DNA of 64,000 nucleotides from Candidatus Rokuibacteriota bacterium (GTDB taxonomy: Bacteria; Methylomirabilota; Methylomirabilia; Rokubacteriales; CSP1-6). Below, piece after piece: positions 29,062 through 38,310 of this stretch. The notes beneath the pieces are model-generated. The model saw nothing but the letters and a program-made list of their open reading frames with translations, searched no databases and had not been told where the DNA came from. The stretch spans positions 10,031 to 74,030 of the forward strand of contig QHRX01000009.1 in the NCBI GenBank assembly GCA_003221455.1. The letters run 5' to 3'. The translations under genes were made by a program, and so were the position numbers. How positions within the stretch are numbered: position 1 is the first letter of the stretch; the number at the start of each line of letters is the position of its first letter.

Positions 29062-30054
29062 GTGCCGTTCCGCTATTACGCGCGCCTCTCGCGCTCCCAG
29101 AAGGCGACGTACGCGAAGAGCGACGGCGTCCCGCTGCTCCGGCTTCGCCGGGCGGAGGAGGTCCGGCCGCTCGTCCGCGCGCTCGAGGTGGCGCTCGGGT
29201 CGGAGAGCCGCGAGCGCACCCAGGCGGCGAGCGACCACCTCATCCGCGGCCTGACCGACGCGCTCGGGATCCGGGCCGTCCGGGTCGAGGTGCTCGCGGC
29301 ACGGCCGCACGCGCGGTCGGGGGAACTGCACGGCCTGTACGAGGCGCCACGGGGCGCCCGGCCCACGATCACGCTGTGGATGCGCACGGCCAAGCAGCGC
29401 CGGGTGGTGGCCTTCCGTACCTTCCTCCGAACGCTGCTCCACGAGGTCGGCCACCATGTCGACTACACCCTCTTGAAGCTGCCGGACTCGTTCCACACCG
29501 AGGGGTTCTACAAGCGGGAGTCGAGTCTCTTTCACCAGCTCGTCCTGCCGGAGGGAGATGCGATGCCGACGATCGAAGACGTCGCGAAGCGACCGATCGA
29601 GCAGCAGCTCGACCGCCTCGGGCGCACCGCCCACGACCTCGCGGAGGCCATACGGGGTCAGGCCGACGCAGCGCTCTCGCGTCGACCGGACCAGAAGAAC
29701 TGGGCCGCCACGGAGGTGCTCTGCCACCTGCGCGACACGGAGGAGTCGTTCATGGGCCGCTTCCACACGATCCTGGCGATGGACGAGCCCAAGCTCTTCC
29801 CGATCGACCCCGACCGGTGGGCCGACGAACGCCAGTACCTCCGCGCGGACGCCGAGCATGCGCTGCGCGCGTTCCGGCGGCGTCGGGAGGAGTCTCTCGG
29901 CCTCCTGCGCGGGCTCGCGGCCGAGGCCTGGAACCGCGGCGCGATCCACCCGGTGAAGGGCCGCATGACCGTCCGGGAGTTCGTCACGCTGATGGCGTGG
30001 CACGACGACAACCACCTCGATCAGCTGAAGCGCGCCCTGGAGGGCCGGGCGTAG
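29062..30054 (+). CDS. fusion protein: N-terminal HExxH zinc-metallopeptidase-like domain + C-terminal DinB_2 (DinB/YfiT-like) domain
   Basis: LLHEVGHHVDY (HExxH) in the N-terminal half. C-terminal four-helix DinB_2 pattern ending WHDDNHLDQL. GTG start immediately after the CoA-transferase stop. Confidence 0.5.
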   Translation: MPFRYYARLSRSQKATYAKSDGVPLLRLRRAEEVRPLVRALEVALGSESRERTQAASDHLIRGLTDALGIRAVRVEVLAARPHARSGELHGLYEAPRGARPTITLWMRTAKQRRVVAFRTFLRTLLHEVGHHVDYTLLKLPDSFHTEGFYKRESSLFHQLVLPEGDAMPTIEDVAKRPIEQQLDRLGRTAHDLAEAIRGQADAALSRRPDQKNWAATEVLCHLRDTEESFMGRFHTILAMDEPKLFPIDPDRWADERQYLRADAEHALRAFRRRREESLGLLRGLAAEAWNRGAIHPVKGRMTVREFVTLMAWHDDNHLDQLKRALEGRA

Positions 30055-30177
30055 CGCCCGATCAGCCGCGGGGGGCGACTCCGAGGGCGGCCAGCCGGAG
30101 CTCCTGACAGACGTCCCACCGCATGGTCCAGAGGACGCCCCCGACGTCGAGAATGACGCCCGCGGGCTCGGCCGGGG

Positions 30178-30435
30178 TCAATGCCCGCTCGGGATCTGGT
30201 AGGTCCGGCCGCCGCCCTGCTTCTTTTGGGGCTCGGGCTGCAGGGGCTGCACCGCGATCCAGCCCTTGGTCTGCATGCAGTCGGCGTCCAGTTCGCCGCG
30301 GCGGGTGCAGGCGGCCGTGTCTCGGTGGAACTCTTCCACCGTGTACGGGCCCGGCTTCATCCACTGGCGGTCCGGCTCCTGGGAGCACGCCGCCGCTGCG
30401 ACGACGAGCAGCAGCAGCGCCGGCCGGATTTTCAT
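30178..30435 (-). CDS. small lipoprotein, hypothetical
   Basis: Signal peptide with lipobox (LLLLVVAAAAC). 85 aa with 3 further Cys. Confidence 0.4.
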   Translation of the reverse strand: MKIRPALLLLVVAAAACSQEPDRQWMKPGPYTVEEFHRDTAACTRRGELDADCMQTKGWIAVQPLQPEPQKKQGGGRTYQIPSGH

Positions 30436-30944
30436 AGAACGCTCCCGGCGCGGAAACCTCGCCCTTCAAGGCGGGGAGGAGCGCCGATCTCCATGGCGGA
30501 CTCTCCCCGGGAGCTGAGCACGCGCTCCGCGAGCGGCCCTGGCGATAACCAAGCCGTGGGCCCGCTCAGACAGCCGTCGAAACGACGGTGGGGCTGGACG
30601 GGGAGGCTCCGGCGCAGCCGGGCGGGCCGACGAACCGTCAACCTGGAACCGCAGGGCCAGGCTCTCGGGTTCAAGCACGGGCTCCTTTCTCTGAAAGCCC
30701 CGGACTTCAGTCCGGGCGATGTTTACGCGCGGTATTCTATCAGCACTACTCTCCAGGGCCGCGACCGCACCCTGCGGCCGGTCGTGGCTCGTGCAGACGG
30801 AGCCACAGCCGCCCGGCGCCGCTGCGCCCTTCAGTTTTCGGCGTATCGGGCACCAGTGCCGGATCGGTCACCACCGGGGGGCCGCCGATCTCCTCAGAGG
30901 TGCGTTCTTCGCTCCCAGCGGCAACGGCGCTAGACTGATTCTAG

Positions 30945-31460
30945 ATGCTGTCCACCCCGTGGCGCCCAACCATCCGGGGACTTCTCGTCGGCCTTGCCTG
31001 GCTCGTCTTGACCACGGGGGCGGCCGCCCAGCCTCCGGCTCACTACCGAACCGGCGCGGACGGCGTGATCCTGCCGGACTCTTCTGCGACACCCGGAGCC
31101 ACTCGCCCCGTCACCGTCAGCGACCTCTGCCCCATCGCCCACACGCGACGCGTTCGCCACGTCACCCCGGCCCAGAAGCACCGTGCGTATGCCGTCTACG
31201 GCGCCACGCCGAAGCAGGGGGTCTGCTGCGAGGTCGATCACCTCATCCCACTGGAGCTCGGTGGCTCGAACGCTGATAGCAACTTGTGGCCGGAACCGTA
31301 TGCGCCGAAGCCGGGTGCTCGCGAGAAGGATGTGCTCGAGACGTTCCTCCACTTCGCGGTGTGTGGGGGCACTCTGGACCTGAAAGAGGCCCAGCAGAAG
31401 ATCGCGGCGGACTGGTACGCCGTCTACCTGGAGATGCGGGGGCAGGGTCCCTCGCGGTAG
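30945..31460 (+). CDS. secreted HNH-endonuclease-domain protein
   Basis: Signal peptide (LAWLVLTTGAAAQP). HNH motif (CCEVDHLIPLELGGSNADSNLWP) with an upstream Cys pair. Confidence 0.6.
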   Translation: MLSTPWRPTIRGLLVGLAWLVLTTGAAAQPPAHYRTGADGVILPDSSATPGATRPVTVSDLCPIAHTRRVRHVTPAQKHRAYAVYGATPKQGVCCEVDHLIPLELGGSNADSNLWPEPYAPKPGAREKDVLETFLHFAVCGGTLDLKEAQQKIAADWYAVYLEMRGQGPSR

Positions 31461-31695
31461 CCGTTGTCGCTCGCTCGTTGAATCACCGGGCATGCGGGAC
31501 GCGATTCTTCTTGGTCAGCGTCCCGGGATTCCTAGGGTGACCCGCCCCAACGTCTCCGCGTCCCACTGGCCTCTCGCAGTTCCGGGCAGAGTCACGCCGA
31601 CGGACGGTCCGGCTATGCGGGACGCCGGCTACCGGCGACGCCGCCCCCGTGCGGTGAGCGCCGCCGTCGGGCCCCTCCTACCGGGGCTCGGGCGC

Positions 31696-32643
31696 TCACC
31701 CCATGGCCACGACACCTGACACACGCTCGATGAGCGCCCGCACGACGGGCGCAATCGTCCCGGACGGATCGGGCATCGTCAGCGGCAGGGCGGTCTGGCT
31801 CCACGGGGTCCAGCGGGGCCGCGACGCGGGCGGAAAGAGGAGGACCGCCTGGGAGCCGACGGCGGCCGCGAGATGGCTCACCCCTGTGTCGCCGCCAAGG
31901 TACGCCGCTGCCTCCCGGAGGATCGCGGCCAGGACGGGCAGGGGGGGCTTCAGCAGCCGCAGCATCGGGAGATCCGGGGTCGACAGCAGTTCGCCCGCGG
32001 CGGCCTTGTCGGCCGGGCCCTCGTGGACCACCACCTGGCATCCGGTCTCGCGCACCACGCCGCGGATCGATTGGGCAAAGCCGCCGGCGGACCAGCGCTT
32101 CTCGGCGCCGCCGGCACCGGGATGGACCACGAGGAACGGGCGCGCGGCGTCGACACCGAGGCGCGACAACGCCCGCCGCGCTTCCGCGCGCCACGCATCT
32201 GGCAGGCGGAGCGGCAGGAGCGGCGGGGGAGTCGTCACGCCGCAGGGCTTCACCGTCTCCACGAGGTGCTCCCAGACGCGGAGCGGGGACTCCGGCGGAG
32301 GAACGGGGGAGGCCACCACGACCTCCCGCCCGAGCTCGCGCAGTCGCGCCGGAAAGGGATCGGCGCGGGCGCCGAACCACGAAATCACTCGGGCGAAACC
32401 GGCCAGACGGCACCGGACGTCGGCGGGCACGGGATCACGACCGAAGAAGGCCTCGAGCCCGAGCCCATCGAAGGACGGGCAGGACCCGACGACGCCGGTC
32501 CCAGCGAGGAGCGTGCCGAGGTGAGACTGCCCCGCGAAGGTCGGCGCGGTCCCGCCGCCGAGCTCCCGGAGCGCGGTCAGCGCGGGAATGGCCTGCAGGA
32601 CGTCGCCGAGAGCCCCCGGATGGATGACGAGCGTCGCGTTCAT
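31696..32643 (-). CDS. glycosyltransferase family 9 (ADP-heptose:LPS heptosyltransferase-like)
   Basis: LVIHPGALGDVL, VVHPGAGGAEKRW, GGDTGVSHLAAAVG motifs. Start at the internal Met MNATLV. Confidence 0.7.
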   Translation of the reverse strand: MNATLVIHPGALGDVLQAIPALTALRELGGGTAPTFAGQSHLGTLLAGTGVVGSCPSFDGLGLEAFFGRDPVPADVRCRLAGFARVISWFGARADPFPARLRELGREVVVASPVPPPESPLRVWEHLVETVKPCGVTTPPPLLPLRLPDAWRAEARRALSRLGVDAARPFLVVHPGAGGAEKRWSAGGFAQSIRGVVRETGCQVVVHEGPADKAAAGELLSTPDLPMLRLLKPPLPVLAAILREAAAYLGGDTGVSHLAAAVGSQAVLLFPPASRPRWTPWSQTALPLTMPDPSGTIAPVVRALIERVSGVVAMG

Positions 32644-32786
32644 GCTCGGCGATGCGCCCGGGTCAACCGGATCCGGGGGCTTCCCGTTGAGGGGCGCGCT
32701 TTTCCACGACCCGCAAGTCTCCTCTCGGAAGCGACGGCAGCCGGCCGTTGGCTGCGTGGTCGTCCAGTCCCGGCCAGATTCTACCC

Positions 32787-33119
32787 TCAGGCGCCCGATC
32801 GTCCAGTCCCGAGCGTCTCCCAGGCGGCGCGCTGCACTGCGAGCCACGGCGTCGATTCGAACGCGGAGCCCGTCGCGCCCGTCGCCGAATGCTCCATGCC
32901 GGTGACGTAGAACGTCGCCCGCCAGCCGCGCTCGTCGTACCGGGTGAGGCTGAGGTCATAGCCCTGCCGTGCCATGCCGGCGGCGACGAGGCCGATGCCC
33001 GACCAGGTGCCGAGCCAGGCGCGAACGAGGCTGAGCTCGGGCGCGTCGGCGGCGACGAGGGCGAAACCGAGTGCCGCGGTGAGGAGCGCCCTACGGTCAG
33101 CAGGACGCTCCTCGCGCAT
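32787..33119 (-). CDS. hypothetical small protein
   Basis: ORF with non-extreme composition and a hydrophobic N-region (LLTAALGFALVAADAPELS). No known domain. Weak. Confidence 0.3.
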   Translation of the reverse strand: MREERPADRRALLTAALGFALVAADAPELSLVRAWLGTWSGIGLVAAGMARQGYDLSLTRYDERGWRATFYVTGMEHSATGATGSAFESTPWLAVQRAAWETLGTGRSGA

Positions 33120-33523
33120 TGACGTCACGCCCTCCCGCTGGCGGCCTCCCACTGATTCGACACCCGCCCGGCCGGCCAGCCGAGCGGATCTCTGATCGGC
33201 CATCTGCCCGTTCAGAATGGTCTGCCGGTCCCGAGGCGCCGTCGAGCGGCGCGATCGGCGACAGCGCGACGACCGGGGAGAGGGCCTTCTTCACAGCCAG
33301 CGGCGCCGAAGGAGCCCAACGGGCGGAAGGGCGCCGCCGTCGTCTGCTTGACGCCTTCCCGGTTTGTGCCGGTGACCGTGTCAGCGGCGCCGCCCACGCA
33401 CGCGGACACCCGGTCCGTACGTCGCTGATCCGACGAGCGAGCCAGGCGCTATTCTATCAGCGGGCACGCGCGCCAGATCCGGGCGCGCGAGACGGCCCCG
33501 GGTCCGCGCGTCCGGAGGAGACC

Positions 33524-34366
33524 ATGCCGATCGCACGAGTGAACGGAGTCGACCTGTACTACGAGGAGACCGGCCGTGGGTTTCCTCTCGTCTGGAGCCA
33601 CGAGTTCGCGGGCGATCACCGCTCGTGGGAGCCGCAGGTGCGCTACTTCGCGCGGCGCTACCGCGTGATCACCTACAACCACCGCGGCTACCCCCCGTCG
33701 AGCGTGCCCGCCGACGGCGCGGCCTACGACAACCTCACCCTCGTCGAGGATCTCTACCATCTCCTGCGTCAGCTCGGGATCTCACGCGCCCACGTGGGGG
33801 GGCTGTCGATGGGCGGTAACGTCGCCCTGAACTTCGGCCTCCGGCATCCCGAGATGGCCGCGAGCCTCATCGTCGCCGGCTGCGGCAGCGGCACCGTGGA
33901 CCGCGAGCGGTTCCTTGCCGAGTACGGCGGGCTCGCCGCCGAAGTCGAGCGGGGCGGGATGGGCGTCCTGGTGACCCGCCTCGGCGCCATCCCCACACGC
34001 CAGGTCTTCCGCGCGAAGGACCCGCGCGGATGGAACGAGTTCCTGCGGTACCTCGGCGAGCACTCGGCCCTGGCCTCCGCGCACCTGATCCGGGGCGTCA
34101 TCCTCAGGCGGAAGACGATCTTCGAGCTGGAGCCCGAGCTCCGGAGGCTGTCGATCCCGACGCTCGTGATGGTGGGCGACCAGGACGAGCCCTGCCTCGA
34201 GCCCGGCCTCTTCATGCGACGCCTCATCCCGCACGCCGGCCTCGTGATCCTGCCGATGAGCGGCCACACGATCAACATCGAGGAGCCCGCGCTCTTCAAC
34301 CTGCACGCGGCCGAGTTCCTCACCGCCGTCGAGAACGGGCGGTGGGGGAGCTGGAGCGCGGCCTGA
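33524..34366 (+). CDS. alpha/beta hydrolase
   Basis: Nucleophile elbow GLSMGG. Acid/His region near the C-terminus (LPMSGHT). Confidence 0.8.
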   Translation: MPIARVNGVDLYYEETGRGFPLVWSHEFAGDHRSWEPQVRYFARRYRVITYNHRGYPPSSVPADGAAYDNLTLVEDLYHLLRQLGISRAHVGGLSMGGNVALNFGLRHPEMAASLIVAGCGSGTVDRERFLAEYGGLAAEVERGGMGVLVTRLGAIPTRQVFRAKDPRGWNEFLRYLGEHSALASAHLIRGVILRRKTIFELEPELRRLSIPTLVMVGDQDEPCLEPGLFMRRLIPHAGLVILPMSGHTINIEEPALFNLHAAEFLTAVENGRWGSWSAA

Positions 34367-34482
34367 ACGGCGCGGGCGAGTCTCGTCGCACGCCCGCGGC
34401 GGGACGAGACCGGGTGGGCCCGCGCGCCGAGCGGCGTCGCCCTGCGCCCGGCCGGTCGGTCGGCGGAGTACAATCGGGACCG

Positions 34483-35031
34483 ATGACGACGCTGGCGAGG
34501 GTCTTGCTCGTCGCGACGCTCCTCGCCGGTTGCGCGACCCGCCCCCCGGCCGAGGAAATGGCGGCCGGGTGCCCCGCCCACCCCACGGAGACACTGATCC
34601 TGCCCGGTGAGCAGGCGGTGTTCCGGGCGACGGGGCCGGAGGATCGGAGCGTCACCTCCGCTCACGTGACGGGGACCGATCTCCGGGGCACGATCACGGT
34701 CGAATCGGACCGCGGTCCGGTCGAGGTGTGGATCGTCGATACGGCCCACTACCACTTCGGCGACCGGGTGGAGATCAGCATGGCCGTCCGGGCCGTGCGC
34801 GTGGAGGTTCGGCCTGCGTCGCCGGCCTCGCCAGAGGCGCCGCCTGCGGAATGGAGCGAGCCGGGCGATCACGCGGTCGTGCGGGGGCGCATCCTGAGTG
34901 CGGACCCGCGCGGCACGATCGCCGTCGAGTCGCCGCGGGGCCCCGTCCGGATCTGGGCGACGATCGAGCCGGGGCGGTACTGCGTCAGGAACTGGGTCGA
35001 AGCGCAAACCCGCGTCCGCCGGGCACCGTAA
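34483..35031 (+). CDS. lipoprotein with internal tandem duplicated domain, hypothetical
   Basis: Lipobox LLAGCAT. Two repeats of about 45 aa (TITVESDRGPVEVWI / TIAVESPRGPVRIWA). Confidence 0.45.
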   Translation: MTTLARVLLVATLLAGCATRPPAEEMAAGCPAHPTETLILPGEQAVFRATGPEDRSVTSAHVTGTDLRGTITVESDRGPVEVWIVDTAHYHFGDRVEISMAVRAVRVEVRPASPASPEAPPAEWSEPGDHAVVRGRILSADPRGTIAVESPRGPVRIWATIEPGRYCVRNWVEAQTRVRRAP

Positions 35032-35155
35032 CTGGAGGGGAGAATGAACGAGCCGTCGGTGCGGGGGTTGATCGCCGCGGACGGCTCGTCCGACCTCGGC
35101 TTCTTCGACCGGGACGGTAAGCCGATCGGGCCCGCCACGCAGCTCCCGTCCCACT

Positions 35156-36166
35156 CTAGGGCGAGCGCGTCAGCTCCGCCCTCATGCCCGTCTCCGCCGC
35201 CGCACCGGGCCTGAACAGGACGTAGCCCACGCCGGAGCGCTCGAGCCAGACTCGCCGGAGGTCGGCCAGCGCGTATCGCCGGGGTACCTCGCGGGCGGTC
35301 GGCGCCGCGGGGTCGTTGGCGAGCACGGTCCGGCCCTCGTAGCCGGTGAGGACGAGCAGGTGCCCCGTGGTTGATTCGATCGCGGCGCCGGCGAGCTCGC
35401 CCGCGGCGTAACGGACCGACGCCACGATCGGCACCCCCTCCGCGAGGCACCAGGCCGCGGCGGCCCAGGACGGGAAGCGGAGCAGGTAGCCCCAGACGCC
35501 GCGGCGGGCGGCCGCGCGGATCGCCGCCGGCCAGACGCCGTAGAGGTCGTGTCGCGGGTCGAACATCTCGCGGGCCAGGTCGAGCGGGGCCGCGGGCCGC
35601 TCCCAGTAGCCGAGCACCATCGCGACGCTCGTGGGCGAGCAGATCCGGTGGCGGATCGCCTCGGGGGTCTCCATCTGGCTGAGCGCGGGGACCTCGAGCG
35701 CCACCGGTCCCTCAGCCGCCGTCCCGCTCTCGGGATCGTCGTCGGACGCCGACACGGCGCAGAGGGCGGGGGCGGCCGCGACCGCCGCCAGGTCCGACGA
35801 ATGGACCCACACGCGGAGCCGGACCTCCTCCACCGGTGGCGAGGCCGTGTAGAGATCGATCTCGGGACGGAGGCAAGGGTCGGATGACCCGCTCGCGGCC
35901 CAGGGGTGCGGCCCGACCGGGCTCAACGGGCTCCAGGCGCGGCTCGCGGCGCTCCGCGCCTCGAATCGGAAGGTGTGCTCGGGCTCCGTGAGCAGGCTCA
36001 GCGACGGGAGGATCTGGGTCGCCGCCACGCGCAGCCGGAGGGGGGGCAGGTCGAGGAGGGCCGTCTCCGGACCCACCGGCGTCCAGGGCGGCAGCGGCGC
36101 CGGCGCCTGCCGGCACTCCGGCGGCACCGGCGCCGGGCCACCGAAGACGAAGAGGTCCGTCGCCAC
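35156..36166 (-). CDS. peptidase C39-like (papain-fold) domain protein
   Basis: C-terminal C39_2-like motif (CSPTSVAMVLGYW, catalytic Cys). GTG start overlapping the upstream stop (TAGTG). N-terminal half Pro-rich, unknown. Confidence 0.5.
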   Translation of the reverse strand: MATDLFVFGGPAPVPPECRQAPAPLPPWTPVGPETALLDLPPLRLRVAATQILPSLSLLTEPEHTFRFEARSAASRAWSPLSPVGPHPWAASGSSDPCLRPEIDLYTASPPVEEVRLRVWVHSSDLAAVAAAPALCAVSASDDDPESGTAAEGPVALEVPALSQMETPEAIRHRICSPTSVAMVLGYWERPAAPLDLAREMFDPRHDLYGVWPAAIRAAARRGVWGYLLRFPSWAAAAWCLAEGVPIVASVRYAAGELAGAAIESTTGHLLVLTGYEGRTVLANDPAAPTAREVPRRYALADLRRVWLERSGVGYVLFRPGAAAETGMRAELTRSP

Positions 36167-37191
36167 TACGTGCCGGCCAGCTGTCTCCGGACGAGCTGGG
36201 CGCCCGCGACGAGCGCGCGGAGCTTCTGGTTGCACATGTAGCGCGGGCTCCAGCCGAAGCCACAGTCGGGATTGACCGTGAGCTTTTCGGGCCGGCAGAC
36301 CTCGAGGACGCGGCGGATGCGCGCGGCCACCTGCTCGGGCGTATCCTGGTTGAAGCCCTTCACGTCGACGACGCCGGCGCCGAGTTCGCGGCCGTCGCCG
36401 TACTTCTGCCAGAGGTCCAGCTCCGCCATCTCGCGCCCGGCGAACTCAAGCACGAACTGGTCGGCGCGGGCCTGGAGGAGCCCGGGGAAGTAGGGCGCGT
36501 ACGAGCGCTCGAAGCGCGAGCGGCCGAAACGGTTGCCGAAGCAGACATGGTAGGCGAGGCGCGCGCGCACCCCCTCGGTGGCGGCGTTGAAGAGCCGCGC
36601 CATCTCCTCGCCCGTGACGGTGCCTCGCGCCGGCTCGTCGATCTGGATGAAGTCGGCGCCGGCGGCGACGAGCCCGCGGAGCTCCGCGTTGATGACCTCG
36701 GCGAAGCGCTCCGCGACGTCGACCACCCCCGTGTACAGCTTGCCGGGGTGGATGCGGGAGCCGAACGTCAGCGGCCCGGCGCACGTCGCCTTGGTGCGGC
36801 GGGTCGTGTGGGCCTTGAGGTACTCGAACTCCTTGACGATGCCGAGGCCGCCGGACGGCGTCTCGATGCGCCCGATCGCCTCGTAGCGCGTCTGCTGGTC
36901 GTACCCCCAGGGACCCGCCTTGCGGCGCACCGGTAGCGTCTCGATGCCCTTGATGATCGCGTAGTACGAGTCGACGTACCCGTCGAGCCGCCGCACCTCG
37001 CCGTCGGTGATGATGTCGATCCCGGCCCGCTCCATGTCGCGGATCGCGGTATCGGCGGCGTCGTCCATCGCCTCCTCGAGATCGGCGGGACCGAAGTCGC
37101 CAGCTTCCTGCGCCTTGACCGAGACGAACCACCAGCCGGGCTTGCCGTGGGAGCCGACCACCGTGGTGGGGATCCGCGGCAGGTCAGCCAT
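36166..37191 (-). CDS. methionine synthase II (cobalamin-independent) C-terminal-domain-like protein
   Basis: MetE catalytic-domain pattern (IQIDEPA, HVCFGN, NPDCGFG zinc ligands). 341 aa, short form. Confidence 0.8.
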   Translation of the reverse strand: MADLPRIPTTVVGSHGKPGWWFVSVKAQEAGDFGPADLEEAMDDAADTAIRDMERAGIDIITDGEVRRLDGYVDSYYAIIKGIETLPVRRKAGPWGYDQQTRYEAIGRIETPSGGLGIVKEFEYLKAHTTRRTKATCAGPLTFGSRIHPGKLYTGVVDVAERFAEVINAELRGLVAAGADFIQIDEPARGTVTGEEMARLFNAATEGVRARLAYHVCFGNRFGRSRFERSYAPYFPGLLQARADQFVLEFAGREMAELDLWQKYGDGRELGAGVVDVKGFNQDTPEQVAARIRRVLEVCRPEKLTVNPDCGFGWSPRYMCNQKLRALVAGAQLVRRQLAGT

Positions 37192-37780
37192 GGCGCGAGT
37201 CCTCCGATCGATCGGTCGGGGCGGGAGCGTCGGCCGGGCGGCCGTCGGCGACGTGGTCGAAGGTGAAGGTGGCCCGGACCTCGGGCGGGTTGCGGAGCGT
37301 GTCGAGGATCGAGCAATAGCGCTCCGCGGACGCGAGCAGGCGCCGAGCCCGCTCCGCGTCACCACCGCGCACGACGACGTGGGTCCGGACCTCGAGCTTC
37401 TGGATGCCGACCTTCGTCGTGCGGTCGAGGGCGAGCGTCCCGCGGAGGTCGGACGTCCCGGTCACGGTCACCCGGACGTCGTCCAGGGCGAGACCCATGT
37501 TGGCCGCCACCATCCGCACCGTCAGCTCCTGACAGGCCGCCAGCGCGGCCTCGAGCACGTCGCCGGGGCACGGCAAGGTGCCGTCGCCGCCCGCGACCGG
37601 ATGGAGGCCCACCGTGATCTCGAAGGCCCGGCCGTCGGCGCGGCCGATGCGGACCCGCATGGGATCGCGCAGGTCCGAGGGAAGGCTCTGCACCGTGTCG
37701 GCGATCCTGGCCCTGTCTGGATGCTGCCTGAGGTCCTCCTTGAGCGAGGCCTGGTGCCGGCGGACGTCCACCGAATACAT
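37184..37780 (-). CDS. OsmC/Ohr family protein
   Basis: OsmC pattern, including the second conserved Cys region (ASAERYCSILDTL). Confidence 0.8.
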   Translation of the reverse strand: MYSVDVRRHQASLKEDLRQHPDRARIADTVQSLPSDLRDPMRVRIGRADGRAFEITVGLHPVAGGDGTLPCPGDVLEAALAACQELTVRMVAANMGLALDDVRVTVTGTSDLRGTLALDRTTKVGIQKLEVRTHVVVRGGDAERARRLLASAERYCSILDTLRNPPEVRATFTFDHVADGRPADAPAPTDRSEDSRHG

Positions 37781-37804
37781 ATGGGGTCTCCTCGAGGGCG
37801 CGCC

Positions 37805-38041
37805 CTACTTGTGGCCGCCGGCCAGCACGCCGCCGCTGTCTACGGTCCCGCCGATCGGGCCGGGCGTGGTCAGCGCGGCGTCGTCGCGTCGGTAGTCGGG
37901 CCCGCGGTGGGCCGCCTGCCGGGGCTCGAGCGAGGCGCAGCCGCCGAGCATCGCAGCGAGCCCGAGCCCTACCAATCCCGCGAGCACGGTCTTCGTCGTC
38001 CCACGCGCGTCGGTCTGGGCGCTCCGGGCACCATCGTACAC
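37805..38041 (-). CDS. small lipoprotein, hypothetical
   Basis: Lipobox (AAMLGGCAS) after a hydrophobic stretch. 78 aa. Confidence 0.35.
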   Translation of the reverse strand: MYDGARSAQTDARGTTKTVLAGLVGLGLAAMLGGCASLEPRQAAHRGPDYRRDDAALTTPGPIGGTVDSGGVLAGGHK

Positions 38042-38310
38042 CGGCGACGCCCGTCGCGGGGCCGCGCCGCCTCCCCGGATTGAGCCGGGGCGTCCCGGAA
38101 GCCGCGAGGCGGCTCCGGGGACTCGCGTCAGCCTCCCGACGTCCGAATGTCTTCGCCCGATCCGACGCCTCCCTGGAAGTCCTCGAAAACGAACCGCTGT
38201 GTGTGGGGTCGACGGCTGGTACGGGGGCTGCAGCCGCCTTGGATGCCCCGGGACATTTTGACGCTCGGCGCGCCTGGGAGGTCGTTCCCTCTCCGCTGAA
38301 GGAGGTCGGG

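Noticed and set aside
30062-30469. ORF 30062..30469 - (MKGEVSAPGAFYENPAG...) overlapping the small lipoprotein ORF
   Set aside because: Pro/Arg-rich with no signal or motif. The overlapping 85-aa lipoprotein ORF has a lipobox, so it was preferred. Both remain uncertain.
32850-32875. GTCGATTCGAACGCGG resembling a T-arm
   Set aside because: No complementary stem. It lies inside a predicted ORF. Not a tRNA.
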